Source: a virus
DNA: 64,000 nt
Virus record (IMG/VR): IMGVR_UViG_3300017991_005544
Coordinates: 2,699 to 66,698 of that record
Direction: 5' to 3' (one strand)
Every line of letters starts with the position of its first letter. Position 1 is the first letter of the stretch. The position numbers were made by a program, and so were the translations under genes. Under the pieces are notes generated by a model that had not been told where the DNA came from, did not search any database, and saw only the letters and a list, made by a program, of their open reading frames with translations. Below, one piece after another: positions 18,843-30,300 of the stretch.

Positions 18843-20700
18843 CTTCTCCCCAGGAGCACTTGACCTTTGACCTGCCGTCCTGAAGCATGACCAGGATCCG
18901 GTGATCAAAGAGCTTCTTCGACTCCCTGTCGTTGGTCACGAGGAGAATTTGTTGCCCATCGAAAATTTCTCGCATGAGTTTTACGATCTCCTCATAACCC
19001 TTCACAGACAAATCCTTGCCAATCTCGTCAAACAGCTTGAATCTCATGTCGTCCCCCGACACCATCATGAGACCAAGCCGGATGGCCTTTTCGATTCGGT
19101 TGCGCTGGCCTCCACTGTACAGGTCAAAGTCCTTGATCTCGTCGTTCTCGATGACATCGATCGTGATCTCGGTCTTGACCGTGCCCTTGGTCGTTTCCTT
19201 CTCGGGTTCAATATAGATCGAGATGGATCCATCCGTGAGCTTGTGGATGTATTGATTTGAATACGACTGGAGCTTCTTGATCAGGTCCACGATCAAGTCA
19301 CCCTCGGCTCCCTTGGGACTGAACTGTTCATTCCAGAATTTCAGGACATCTCGATTCGTGACGGCTCCCTGCTTGTTGAACATGACCTGGACCAGTTCCT
19401 CCGATACCGCCTCGAGATCCTCCTGGGCCTTGTCCAGGGATTTTTGGATTTCTTCACGAAGCCGACTGAGGCTTTTCTTCTTGTGATCAAGGTGTTCGAG
19501 GTCCTGCAAGACGGCCTCGTTCTCTTTGAGTTTGTACTCGAGACTCTTGACCCTGTCCTTCAGGCCGGATCGTTCCTCAAGCTTCTCGTTGTACTTGCTC
19601 CTCAGGTCTTCCAAGGTCTTGAGGTCCTGCCGGGCCTTCTTTTCTTCCTCGATGGCACTTTCCGGCGGGAACGGTATCTTTCGCCGGACCCGGTCGATGA
19701 CGGTATCATCCACGGTGGTGGCACACATGGGGCATTCACCTGACTCATCGAGCTTTCTGATGTCTCCTTCGATCTGTTCCCGGATCGTATCTGTCCTGGA
19801 GATCTCCCGGATGGCCTTCTCGAGCCTTTTCTTGGGCTCTGTGGCTTCAGCATGGCTGATCTTCTCACCAAGTCCTTCGATCTCGGCAGACAATGCCTTG
19901 ATCTTTTCGTGAGTCTTGTCGATGCTTTCCCGGAGGGGCCCCTCGTCATGCAGCTTGCCCCTTATGGTCTCCATTTCCTTGTCGGTGGCCTCGACCTCCT
20001 GGTTCTGCTCCTGCTCGAAATTCTCGAGCCGTTCCCGGTCTGTTTCGACCCGGTGCTTGGCCGTCGTCTTGGCGTTCATGAGGGATTCGACAGATCCTTC
20101 GATCCTGGAGAGGCTGTTCTCGGCATCCTTGAGGTCAGGACCGATAAGCTTCCTGGCTTCCCGCAGATGGAGGATCCCGGCGATCTGGGCCAGGATTTCC
20201 TTCCGCTTGCTGTCGGCCACATAGACAAAATTGGTCTCCCTGGAATCCCCGTACAGGATGCAGTTCTGGAACGTGAGCCACTCGACCCCGATGATCTGAT
20301 CGATCTTGGGCTGCATGTTGCGAGGCCTGCCACTGAAGGTCTTGTCTCCAACATTGACCGTTACGGTCTCGGCTGACCCGGTACGTTTGCGGGAAATGGT
20401 GAACTCACCACCAAGCCGGGGAGAATAGAACATGACCTCAAGCAGCGTGTTCTTGCCGAACGGGCCAATGATGTTTGCTGCCTTTTTGCGAAGCACCTCC
20501 CCATACAGGGCATACGAAACCATGTCGAGGATCAGGGTCTTGCCGACGGCATTGGTATCAAGAACCGGCTTGTCCAGATTCCGGCCTTCGATCCCGATTA
20601 TCCCCCTGGTCGGCAGTGTCAACGACAGGTTCTCGTACGTGACGAAGTTCTTTGCCTTGATCTTCCTTACGATCATCTTGTTCCTTTCCTTTCTTGCCAT
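18832..20700 (-). CDS. sbcC: SbcC/Rad50 (gp46-like) recombination ATPase
   Basis: NAVGKT Walker A, coiled coil, CPMC zinc hook, YSGGQ signature, LFDE. Confidence 0.9.
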   Translation of the reverse strand: MARKERNKMIVRKIKAKNFVTYENLSLTLPTRGIIGIEGRNLDKPVLDTNAVGKTLILDMVSYALYGEVLRKKAANIIGPFGKNTLLEVMFYSPRLGGEFTISRKRTGSAETVTVNVGDKTFSGRPRNMQPKIDQIIGVEWLTFQNCILYGDSRETNFVYVADSKRKEILAQIAGILHLREARKLIGPDLKDAENSLSRIEGSVESLMNAKTTAKHRVETDRERLENFEQEQNQEVEATDKEMETIRGKLHDEGPLRESIDKTHEKIKALSAEIEGLGEKISHAEATEPKKRLEKAIREISRTDTIREQIEGDIRKLDESGECPMCATTVDDTVIDRVRRKIPFPPESAIEEEKKARQDLKTLEDLRSKYNEKLEERSGLKDRVKSLEYKLKENEAVLQDLEHLDHKKKSLSRLREEIQKSLDKAQEDLEAVSEELVQVMFNKQGAVTNRDVLKFWNEQFSPKGAEGDLIVDLIKKLQSYSNQYIHKLTDGSISIYIEPEKETTKGTVKTEITIDVIENDEIKDFDLYSGGQRNRIEKAIRLGLMMVSGDDMRFKLFDEIGKDLSVKGYEEIVKLMREIFDGQQILLVTNDRESKKLFDHRILVMLQDGRSKVKCSWGEDDG

Positions 20701-21068
20701 CCGGTTTCGGCGGAGGCGGAGGGGCTTTAACCTTGGGCCCATGAACTGATCCTGACTTCATCGTCAGGCTGAGGTAGAGTTCCGCTACCTCCTTGGCGCA
20801 CCCCTCATGGACCAGCTGCTTCCGCTTGGTCCTGACGAACCTCGAATCCGTAGGGACTGGTTGCTCGCACAGGGGGCACTGGTTATAGAGTATCTCTGAC
20901 ATTCTTCTCTCCTCGTTTCTTGCGTTCGACCTCGATGCGTAGCTGGCAAAGGCCGCAGTGCATGTTTCTCGAGATACAGAACTCAATAAAACTCGAGCCA
21001 CAGATCTTACATTCACGTGTCTCGCATTCGTACTTATTTTTTTTCTGTTCTTCCTCCATGGTGCTCTC

Positions 21069-21365
21069 CTATTGGCACGGGATAGAAGGAACAAGAATCG
21101 TTTGCCATTCGAGTACCTCTTTCGTCAATATGAGGTACTTGTCGAAACAATAGTCAACGCCTTCTTCACAGCGGTAGGAAAGCCCAAGGGCCTTACAGAT
21201 GTTTCGGTCATTGCACTCGTTGTCGCACATGATTGTAAGGTCCCCCTCGGGCATATCGAGGCCGAGGAATTCGCAGATTTCGGCCCTGCTTGCAGGGTAT
21301 GGACCCTTCGAACATGCCGTCAATACCATTGTCGTGATGACGAATACCATGATGATTGTTCTCAT
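21069..21365 (-). CDS. Small Cys-rich lipoprotein
   Basis: Lipobox LTAC. Confidence 0.55.
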   Translation of the reverse strand: MRTIIMVFVITTMVLTACSKGPYPASRAEICEFLGLDMPEGDLTIMCDNECNDRNICKALGLSYRCEEGVDYCFDKYLILTKEVLEWQTILVPSIPCQ

Positions 21366-22495
21366 TTCTTGTCCTCCCTTGCTCTTCGTAGGTACTTGAC
21401 TCCAGCCTCATACAACATCTTCTCCGGTAGTTCGGTTTCCTTTTTCTTGATGATCCTCTCGACAAGCTCTTCGTCGCTCATCAATCTGGTAACGAACATG
21501 TCCTCGACCTTAGGGATGGAGCACGTGATCGTAGGGTTTGCCAACATGAGCTTGATGGGTGAATATTCGTCGATGATCTTTTCCTTTAATTCATCAAGGT
21601 TGAATCCCTCGACAAATTCTTTTGTGCCGATCATCGAGATCCTGATGTACCCACCCTTCGTGAGAGCATCGTAGTCGGGGCCACCGGCACGGCCCTCGAC
21701 GATTCGGATCACGTGGAACCTGGGACATTTGATCGGCTTCGACGTGATCGTCTTCTTGACCGTGTCGACGATGTGGTACGAGGGGGTACTGCCCTCGTCC
21801 TTGAAGCTGTTCTGGATCAGGCTTCCGGTGTAGATGCCGCCATCAGGCAGGTATTGGGTTCGGTGGAAATCACCCATGATGCTGATGTTGAAGTTCTTCC
21901 CGATGATCCCGGCACTGTCGAACCAGACGGCAGGCACACCATACGTGCAGGCAATCGAGTTGCTCATCAGCATGGTCTCGACCGGCTGGTGGCCTACAAA
22001 GATCCTGGTGTCTGTTTCGGAAGCTTTCAGGGCCTTCCTGATGTCGTCGAACAGTTCCTGTTGCAAATGATGATAGTCGAACAGGCAAAGCTCGAAGTCA
22101 TGGCCCACCGACACGTTCATCCACTTGTGACCACAAGGGGGCGTGATGAGGGTTGGCGTTGCTGCATGTTTGAATCCCATCAGTTCGGCCAACCCTTTGA
22201 TCACAGCGTTTCCTTCCTCATCGACCTCGTGATTTCCAGATATCATGAACAACTGGACATCGTGGTCCTGGGCCATCCTGACGAATTTCTTGAAGGCTTC
22301 CATTTCCCTCGGAGAAATATCGATCCTGTCAAAAATGTCGCCTGCAACGACAACATGATTGATGTCTTCTTCCTTGCAGACAACCATGACCTGATTCATG
22401 GCCCCCATCAGTTCATTCTGGAGCCGGTCGTTCGTCTGGCTCGAGTACGGGATGTTGTCAGATATGTGGATATCTCCGATCGCAATGAGTCTCAT
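21362..22495 (-). CDS. sbcD: SbcD/Mre11 (gp47-like) metallophosphoesterase nuclease
   Basis: GDIH, AGDIFD, SGNHE, GDFH, YTGS. Confidence 0.9.
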   Translation of the reverse strand: MRLIAIGDIHISDNIPYSSQTNDRLQNELMGAMNQVMVVCKEEDINHVVVAGDIFDRIDISPREMEAFKKFVRMAQDHDVQLFMISGNHEVDEEGNAVIKGLAELMGFKHAATPTLITPPCGHKWMNVSVGHDFELCLFDYHHLQQELFDDIRKALKASETDTRIFVGHQPVETMLMSNSIACTYGVPAVWFDSAGIIGKNFNISIMGDFHRTQYLPDGGIYTGSLIQNSFKDEGSTPSYHIVDTVKKTITSKPIKCPRFHVIRIVEGRAGGPDYDALTKGGYIRISMIGTKEFVEGFNLDELKEKIIDEYSPIKLMLANPTITCSIPKVEDMFVTRLMSDEELVERIIKKKETELPEKMLYEAGVKYLRRAREDKK

Positions 22496-23556
22496 ACAAT
22501 TATCTTCCTCTGTGAGGGTGATGCCAGGATCTTGGCAACCTTCTTGCTGAAATCCTTGTCTTTCTCGTACAGGTTCTTGATCCCCTCCTTGCCCTGCCAC
22601 TTGCCAAGATCATCATGGCTGTACCAGGAGCCCTTGACGGTTGCTCCATAATGTTCCAGGAGAGTGTCGGTGAGGCTCGTGTAGTAGTTGAACCCAACCC
22701 CGTACTTCACCTCGACTTCAGCTGCCTGGAGCGGAGCCATGCACGAGTTTTTGGTCGTGACAAACTTGTCGACATCAGCATACTTGATGTCATCCTTGTC
22801 CTTGAGGGTCGAGATCCTAACAGATCTCAATCCGACAGAACAATGGTAGCGGAGGGCATCTTCGGCCAGGAAGGTCTCGTTGCTCCCCCTGGTCCCGTAT
22901 CCCATGTTAATCTTGGATTTGATCTGGCAGACGAACAACACGCATACACATGTCTTCCCCAGGACCGGCGTGATCTTCCTCATGGCCTGGGAAATGAGCC
23001 TTGCGTGTTCGCCCTTGCCGCCCTTACCATACTCTTCCGATTCCATCTCGGCCTTGGTGGCGATACTGGTACTGTCGACCACCACGATGATCGGGATCCT
23101 GCTGATTTCTTTCTTGAGCGTGGCCTCTTCCCTCAGACCCTTCACGATGTTGATTGTGTGCTCGGTTGTCTCAAGCACATCCTCGAGTGACTCGGGGGCG
23201 GAGTAGAAGAGTTCATCGATGTTCACGCCGATCCTTTGAGCGTAGAGGCGATCGATCCTGTACTCACCGTCAATATAGCAGGCAACGCCACCTGCTTGCT
23301 GAACCTGGGCGCAAAGATGAAGACAGAGGGTTGTCTTTGCAGAACCTGGCTTCCCGCTCACAAAGCAGACCCTGCCACACGGGAAGCCCCAATTGCCATC
23401 AATGTCCTTGGCGATTATTCGATCAAGCGATGGCGCACCTGTCGAGATGCATTTCAGCACAAGGCCGTAAGAGGCATGTTTGCCAAGGAAGGTGATGTCT
23501 TTCTTCTTGGACAGGCCGGTCTCAAGCCTGTCTCTCATTTCCTTCGAATTCATCAT
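22492..23556 (-). CDS. recA: RecA/UvsX-like recombinase
   Basis: ISTG..LD, GKPGSAKTT, YIDGE, VVDS, ARLISQAMRK. Confidence 0.92.
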   Translation of the reverse strand: MMNSKEMRDRLETGLSKKKDITFLGKHASYGLVLKCISTGAPSLDRIIAKDIDGNWGFPCGRVCFVSGKPGSAKTTLCLHLCAQVQQAGGVACYIDGEYRIDRLYAQRIGVNIDELFYSAPESLEDVLETTEHTINIVKGLREEATLKKEISRIPIIVVVDSTSIATKAEMESEEYGKGGKGEHARLISQAMRKITPVLGKTCVCVLFVCQIKSKINMGYGTRGSNETFLAEDALRYHCSVGLRSVRISTLKDKDDIKYADVDKFVTTKNSCMAPLQAAEVEVKYGVGFNYYTSLTDTLLEHYGATVKGSWYSHDDLGKWQGKEGIKNLYEKDKDFSKKVAKILASPSQRKIIV

Positions 23557-24767
23557 TCGTCCTCGTCTTCGTCCTTGGGCTTGCCTTCCTTCGCCATACG
23601 CCTGAGGGTTGCCTCGAGATCATCGTTATCTTTGGAGGCTGATCTCTTGGGAGGAGGGTCATCATCGTCGTCGTCATCTTTTGCTTTTTTCTTGGGCGGA
23701 GGATCGTCATCGTCATCCTCATCCTTCACAGCACTCCTCTTGGGAGGTTTCTCGTCTTCTTCGTCATCCTCCTGTTTTGCTGCCGAGCTCTTGGGCGGGG
23801 CTTCATCTTCATCGTCTGATGATCCCTTCCCTTCTGTCTCGACCTCGCAGACATCCGAATAGTCGCACTTCAGGCATTTCTCTTCATCGTCATCGTACTT
23901 GCCGAAGCACTTGGGCTTGTCTTCGTCCCCGTTCTCTCCCTCGGCATCCTCGGTCGGGACACCCGTCATGAGCTTCTTGACTTCATCCACGCTCTTCGGG
24001 ATGCTCAATTGACTCAGATCGATCAGTCCTTCGCTGATCCTGGCCGCTACCTCATCAGGGAACTTGACCTTCTCACCGAATTTGACTCCAGTGTAGTCGG
24101 TGTTCAGGACTTCCTCGCCCTTCCGCTTGAATTGGAGGGGGTAGAACCCTTTCGGGTTGGTCACGTCGATGCCCTTATTGAGGAATTTCTCGAGATTGTC
24201 CTCATCGAAGAGTTGTTCCTTGATCTTGGGGCCGAACGAGAAAACAATGATCCCTTCCTCGCAGGAATCGATGTAATCACACCGCTTGCATCCTCTGGCC
24301 TTGCGGGTCTTCGTGTCTTCCTCGTCAGGATAGTCGAGGAAGCAATCCGGGATCGTGACCTTCTCGTCGTCGCCAAGCTCCAGCAGGGGCTTCATGTTGA
24401 TAACGTTCCAGTAGAACCGCTGACCTCGGCGCATCCTCGAAGCCTTCTTCTTGTCACGCTCTTTGCCGGTCCCATACAATTCCTTGATCTCGACGCACTG
24501 AGGGCAGTCATTGATCGGTTCCTTGCCGGTGGACCGGCGGCACATGAAGTCAGTCTTGCCTTCAGGACCGCAGTTCCGGTGCTTGCCCCTCTTGACGTAC
24601 GGGATCCCTTCCATGTTCTCATGGGCCGGACACAAGTAGAGGCAGTTCCTGCCGACCTCGGGCCTGTAGAACCCGATGTCGCCTCGCTCCTGGCGTTTCT
24701 TCCTTTCTTCGTCGTCTTTCTTCTCTTCCTCAATCATGCCTTTGAGTTTTTCAACATCTGTGCTCAT
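23553..24767 (-). CDS. gp32-like single-stranded DNA-binding protein
   Basis: Zn ligands (H..C..CPQC), RFYWNVI, very acidic repetitive C-terminal tail; next to RecA. Confidence 0.7.
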   Translation of the reverse strand: MSTDVEKLKGMIEEEKKDDEERKKRQERGDIGFYRPEVGRNCLYLCPAHENMEGIPYVKRGKHRNCGPEGKTDFMCRRSTGKEPINDCPQCVEIKELYGTGKERDKKKASRMRRGQRFYWNVINMKPLLELGDDEKVTIPDCFLDYPDEEDTKTRKARGCKRCDYIDSCEEGIIVFSFGPKIKEQLFDEDNLEKFLNKGIDVTNPKGFYPLQFKRKGEEVLNTDYTGVKFGEKVKFPDEVAARISEGLIDLSQLSIPKSVDEVKKLMTGVPTEDAEGENGDEDKPKCFGKYDDDEEKCLKCDYSDVCEVETEGKGSSDDEDEAPPKSSAAKQEDDEEDEKPPKRSAVKDEDDDDDPPPKKKAKDDDDDDDPPPKRSASKDNDDLEATLRRMAKEGKPKDEDEDE

Positions 24768-25273
24768 GTTTCGTCCTCCTCAAGAACGGGTGTACGGTTG
24801 GACTTCCTTTTGATTGGGAAACTCTTTTTTGCCATGTACTCCGTGTCTTCTCCCAATTCTGGATATTTCCTGATATCATTCCTCTTGACCTCAAGAAGAT
24901 AGGAGGCTCGTTTGAGAGCCCCGAGATGGCCCCTGGCGATTGCTAAGTCTCTTTTCTTCATGTTGATGATCTTGGCCTTTTTCCGCCATCCTGGGAGCCG
25001 CTGGATGGCCTTCGTGATCTTTTCTTCTCCCTTGCCGATGATCTTCCTGATTTCTTCATCCTGTTCTGCCACAAAGACTTCAAGGTCCGATTGGGCCTCA
25101 TCGAGTTCAAACTCGAGTGAAGCCGCCACCTGTTCCAGGAGGTCGATCTTGGAGGCCATCGTGTTCAGAGCGTTGTACGTGTCGGTCAGATCCATCGCCT
25201 CGTCCATGTCGATCACGTAGGTCTCGCCGCCACGCTCGAATTCAAACGTCAGGAAGTCCCGCAGAGAGTTCAT
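24764..25273 (-). CDS. UvsY-like recombination mediator (helical)
   Basis: Coiled-coil protein adjacent to SSB/RecA. Confidence 0.4.
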   Translation of the reverse strand: MNSLRDFLTFEFERGGETYVIDMDEAMDLTDTYNALNTMASKIDLLEQVAASLEFELDEAQSDLEVFVAEQDEEIRKIIGKGEEKITKAIQRLPGWRKKAKIINMKKRDLAIARGHLGALKRASYLLEVKRNDIRKYPELGEDTEYMAKKSFPIKRKSNRTPVLEEDET

Positions 25274-25608
25274 CCTCTCCTCCCGGTATCTTCATCGTGC
25301 TCTTTGTTGAGGTGGAATCCCATCTTGAGCCACGTGATGTAACAGTAGGTGGCAATCTTGAGCAGATCCTTTTCACGCTGGAAGTTCTTGAACCGGCCAA
25401 GATACTTCTGCATGGTCCCGAGGATCCAGTCGACCCCGGTGGATCCAGGCACGAATTCGCAGATGACATCTGTCTGTTCCTTGGTCCCGTCGCCTTCTTG
25501 TTTGTACTTGTCTCCGCCATGCTCGAATTGATTGCTGATGAGTTTGGCGAACGTCTCGAAATGCTTCCTTTTTATCTCGACGTTGGTGTTGTGAATCTTT
25601 CTTTCCAT
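25270..25608 (-). CDS. DUF3310-like protein
   Basis: GTMQKYLGR...KDLLKIATY pattern. Confidence 0.5.
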   Translation of the reverse strand: MERKIHNTNVEIKRKHFETFAKLISNQFEHGGDKYKQEGDGTKEQTDVICEFVPGSTGVDWILGTMQKYLGRFKNFQREKDLLKIATYCYITWLKMGFHLNKEHDEDTGRRG

Positions 25609-25609
25609 C

Positions 25610-26365
25610 CTAGCTCCTCCTTAGTTTTTCTCTGATGTCTTCAAGTGATGTGATGGTGATTGCCTTCTTTCTCTTCTTCTCGATTATCTCGACCTTCGGA
25701 CCAGTCCTTACTCGAATTCCTTCTACGTTGCTGTCTGGTGCAAACATGGCATCGCCCCCGCCACCAAACTGGATCATGACGAATCCGCCCTTCGGAACCG
25801 TTTCGGTGGCGATCCCGACATACCTTGCTGTTTCATCACCAGGCTCTGCCGGTCTTACGGATCCGCATTCATCAAGCACGACAAGCTGGCCCCCTTTGAT
25901 CGCCTCTGAAGTCACGAATGATTTGAGTGCCGCACCATATATGGGAAGAGATTGGTTCTTGGCAACATCGAAGATTCGTTTGAGAGTATGGTCATGTTCC
26001 ATGGCAACCGTGAAGAAATTGTAGTCGGTCTTCTTGCTCGTGGTAAATCCTATGTACGGGACTTTTTCAATTCTGGAAGCTATTCCATGAAACATCTCGA
26101 AAAGGAAATCTTCTGACCTGTATGGTCGTTTCTGAACCATCTCGAGACGTGTGATGGATCTGTTGCCAAGCACGATCTTGGCTCCAGTATGATCAGTGAA
26201 GTATACCCTAACTTTTGCTTCGCTTTTGTCAAAGGCTGTCTCTGAACTCATCCTGACACTTCCGGCATTGGTCCTGAGCAACTTCCACACGTAGACAAGG
26301 TGATTGAACATTTCACCAGGAGCATGTTCATGATTCAGATTCGTCAAGAGCTTGTACGTCGGCAC
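25610..26365 (-). CDS. Hypothetical protein with a capsid-cement (DUF2190)-like segment
   Basis: EAIKGGQLVVL...VGIATETVPKGGFV. Confidence 0.4.
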   Translation of the reverse strand: MPTYKLLTNLNHEHAPGEMFNHLVYVWKLLRTNAGSVRMSSETAFDKSEAKVRVYFTDHTGAKIVLGNRSITRLEMVQKRPYRSEDFLFEMFHGIASRIEKVPYIGFTTSKKTDYNFFTVAMEHDHTLKRIFDVAKNQSLPIYGAALKSFVTSEAIKGGQLVVLDECGSVRPAEPGDETARYVGIATETVPKGGFVMIQFGGGGDAMFAPDSNVEGIRVRTGPKVEIIEKKRKKAITITSLEDIREKLRRS

Positions 26366-26713
26366 TCACGCATCCCCTTCTTCGGGGGTGAATCCATACC
26401 GTTTGCTTCGTTCACGAAGTCCCCGTTCGTACTCAGCGACACGCTTGATCCTGGCCTGCCGCTTGTTCCATTCACGTTTGTGTTCAGCCGGGATACCACG
26501 GTTAGCCACGAGCTTGCCGATCGTCAAGTCATCAGTGTCGTCGATGCCGGTCAGCTTACCGTCTCCGGCCCGGACGGCCCCAGGGGCCGAGATTATTTTC
26601 CGGGCTAACCCGCCACAAACCCGACAAACCTCCTGTTGTTTTCCGCTGACCCTGGAGTAGATCTCGTTGACCTTGCCGCAGTTTTCACACCTGAACTCGT
26701 AGATGGGCATCAC
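26366..26713 (-). CDS. FmdB-family zinc-ribbon protein
   Basis: MPIYEFRCENCG...CRVCG...KIIS. Confidence 0.85.
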   Translation of the reverse strand: MMPIYEFRCENCGKVNEIYSRVSGKQQEVCRVCGGLARKIISAPGAVRAGDGKLTGIDDTDDLTIGKLVANRGIPAEHKREWNKRQARIKRVAEYERGLRERSKRYGFTPEEGDA

Positions 26714-27366
26714 TTCCTCCTCATCTGTTTTATCAGGGCTTCCCTGAATTCTTCCACGGTCTTGCCGCTCACGACCTTCTTGACCGCCGGTGCCGCCACA
26801 ACCTCTTCGGACATGTCCCTCATGAGATGCGAGGAAGTATCGTCGACCGGAAATGGAGTCAGGATCAGCGTCATGCTCGGAAAGGCTTTGTGAGCAGAAA
26901 AACGGTCCATCTTGACTCTGTAGCCGATCCTGTAGTGAGCCACATAGCGAACGAATGCCGCAACCTCCTTGGGGAGGAACCCGATCATCTTGGGGGCCAT
27001 TATCTCGTTACCGTCATTGTCCTGGACGTATCCAAAGACTTTGATGGCGTTGGAATCGAAGGGGTTGGCTTTGTCTCGCTTGAGGCAAACCATCACGTCA
27101 GCCTTCATTTTGGTGGACTTGCCCTTGAGTTCTTGAAACACAAAGGGCCTGCCTTCCAACGTGGTCCCCGCCACCTTCGATTCAAACACGGGCAAGCACC
27201 CACGATACTCGATGATCTCGAATCGTGGCTTCCGATTGGGATGCTCGTCATGAGGATTCTGACACGTGATGAATCGCTTGTTTTCTGGGTCGAAGGTGAA
27301 TCCTGGTGGGAGTGATGGCTTCTTAGCCGGATCGACCTTCCTGTCCCGGAGGTCTTCGTACTCCAT
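26710..27366 (-). CDS. HIRAN domain protein
   Basis: KVAGTT...RDKANPFDSNAIKV...IGFLPKEVA. Confidence 0.75.
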   Translation of the reverse strand: MEYEDLRDRKVDPAKKPSLPPGFTFDPENKRFITCQNPHDEHPNRKPRFEIIEYRGCLPVFESKVAGTTLEGRPFVFQELKGKSTKMKADVMVCLKRDKANPFDSNAIKVFGYVQDNDGNEIMAPKMIGFLPKEVAAFVRYVAHYRIGYRVKMDRFSAHKAFPSMTLILTPFPVDDTSSHLMRDMSEEVVAAPAVKKVVSGKTVEEFREALIKQMRRK

Positions 27367-27378
27367 CTTCGGCTCCTA

Positions 27379-30300
27379 CTAGAGTTTCTTGATCCTGTTT
27401 ACGTGGATTGACTTGAGGTCCCGCCATTCCTTGTATGTACCGACAACCAGTATGATGTCCCCATCGTTCGGTACTCGTTTCCTTCTCTGGAGTTTCTCGT
27501 ATTCTTCGTTCCAAATGTTTACGTCGATCGAACCGTCGACATCGGAAAGTTTTCCTTTGAGGTATGGTCCCCGCTTGCTCTGTAGGGTTCTGAGGTTTGA
27601 GATTTGCCCAACCGCAATCACTTCGCTACCTGATGCACAACATGTTATCTCACCAACACGGGTCATGTCAAGCGATGATTTGCCATATGTGTCAAAATAG
27701 CTGATTGTTTGAAAACCGAGATGGTCTGTTTTACTTCTCTGCCAGTCGGTCTCCTGGAATTCATCGTACCGGGGGTCGTAGCTGCCCTTCTTTCCTTCGG
27801 CGTTTCTTAGCTCATACATGCGTTTGATGAGATCGAGGGGCTCCCCGAACTGCCGGAGGCACCCCGACAGGATCACGGCCTCCATCCTGGATTTGTTCAG
27901 CTGCCGCTTGTCAGACCGCTTGTAGAAATCGTCGAATGAACTGTAGGGCTGGCCCTTGATCAGGTTCGTCAGGGCTGTTGGGCCCAGGCCCTTGATGCCA
28001 GACAATGACCACACGATCTTGCCGTCGTCGATGATGAAGTTTTTCTTGGATCGGTTCACATCAGGCATGACGAATCGGACCCCGTACTCACGCTTGGCGA
28101 CGAGCCTGACTTCGGAGTACTTGTCATGATCCGAGAAGTTCAACAGGTTGCAGAAGAATTCTTCCGGGAAGTTCGTCTTGAGATACATGGTGGCCCAGGC
28201 GACAAGGCCGTATCCACTGGCATGAGCCTTTGGAAAACTGTAGGCTCCGAACTGCTCGATCTTTTCCCACATGGTTTCGGCGGCTTCCTGGACCTCTTCA
28301 CCATGAAGCTCGACGGCCTGGCTGATGAACTTCTCCTTGAACGGAGCGATGCTTTCCTTGCCTTTCTTGGCCTTCGAGACCTTCCTCAATTCTTCGGCTT
28401 CGACCGGCGTAAATCCAGCGAAATACATCGCAATCATCATGATGTGATCGTTGAAGATCGGCATCCCGAGGGCATCTTCCATGACGGGATCGATGGTCTT
28501 GTGGAGCTTCTCGATGGGCTCATGGCCGTGTTTGCGCTTGGCATATGAGACCTGGGCCCCCATCGAGAGGGGTCCTGGCCGGTCGATCGCACAAAGGTTC
28601 ACCACGTCACTGAAACAGTCTGGCTTCACATTCCTCACGATCCTGGTGATGCCGGGAGCATTCAGCTGGAATACCCCGAGAGTCTCGCCTGCCACGAATC
28701 CCTCGATGGTTTTGGGATCGTCGAACGGTATGTCCTCGATCCCGATCTTGATGCCTCGAGTCCTCTCGATCATCCTGATGGTGTCGGCCACCACGTTCAG
28801 TGTCTTGACTCCCAGGATGTCGAGAGCCATGACCCCGTAGGTCCTCAGGTCTTCACGGCCCGTATGCGACCCTTCCCATTGCGTACAAAGGACCCGCTTG
28901 GTTTTATCCTGGGGGCTTGCTTGACTCCTGATGGGGAGCCATTCGTCCATGTGTCCCGGAAGGATGACGACCGACGCAGGGTGAATCGAGGGGCTCTTTG
29001 GAAGCCCAACAATAGGTCTGACATACTTTTCAACCCATTCTTTGTTTGCATCGTACCACTCCTTGAAGGCCGGTTGGTTCTTGATGGTTTCCTCGAGTGA
29101 GATGTCCCCGCCCTCCTGTTGGGATGCCCGTTCCATCATGGCGGTCAACTCGTTTATTTTTTTGAAGCTGAACTGATCCAATCGCTCTTCGAGTTCTTTC
29201 CGTTCGGTCGGGTGAGTAGTTTTCTCGAGCTTGTGTTTGATCTCGAGGCCCTCGACACGCCCCATGTCCTTGATGGCGGCTTTCCACATGAGTCTACCGT
29301 AGCTGCCGACATTACAGATCAGGCTCTCACCGTACTTTTCTTTGAGGTACTGGACCGCCTTGGGCCGCATTTCACGTTCCATGTCGATATCGATGTCAAC
29401 GTCAAACATACCGATCTCGACTCGGGCCGGACTGATGAACCGCTCGAAGAGAATGTGGTGCTTGACCGGATCGATGTGGCCGAACTTGAGCAGGTAGCAA
29501 ACAAGACTTCCGTTTGCGCTCCCTCTGATCATAATGAGTTTACCCTGGCCCCGGATAAACCTGACGAGATCCTCGACGATCAGGAAGTAGTCGATGGCTC
29601 CCATCTGGATGATGTCGTTGACCTCTTTTTTCAGTCGGTCCTCGTAGAGCGGAATACTCACGCTAGGGTTGGCCCTGACGAACTCCCTGAGGGCATCGAC
29701 ACAGATGTGGATGAAGAAATCTTCCTTGGTTTTGTGTCCCTTGTATTCCGGGTGAGTCGTGTAGTCGAACCTTGGGATATGAGCATCTCCGGTCTTGATA
29801 TGGTGGTCGCATTTTGCGGCCACCTCGAGGGTCCGGGTCATGGCCTTCTTGAATTGGTTGTACGTTATGTCGGGGAAGTATTCTTCTCGAGCCTCATTGA
29901 GTTCATCCCAGGTCTTGAGCCAGATGTCTTTGGTCTCGAAGTGCCAGTCGACATTTCCGGTGCTCAAGTGCAGCATTTTCTCGTGCAGAATCCAGTCTTC
30001 CTCGTTGATGTAATGCACATCATTCGTGATGACCAACGGGATGTCCATACGGTCGCTGAGGGTGATGAGGCCCCGGTTGACTCGTGTTTGAAGGTTCTCA
30101 CCACCCACATCGACATTTATCAACTGGATCTCAAGATAGAAGTCATGGCCGAAAAGATCCTGGTATCTGGTGGCAGTATCGATGGCGCACCTGAAATCTT
30201 GTTGGGCTATCTTTCCGGCGACAATTCCTTTGGCACACGCACTGAGTGCCACGAGCCCCTTGTGGTGTTTCGAGATGAAATCAAAATCGATCCTGGGCCG

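Noticed and set aside
23560-23830. TCATCGTCG-type repeats
   Set aside because: They encode the acidic low-complexity tail of the SSB
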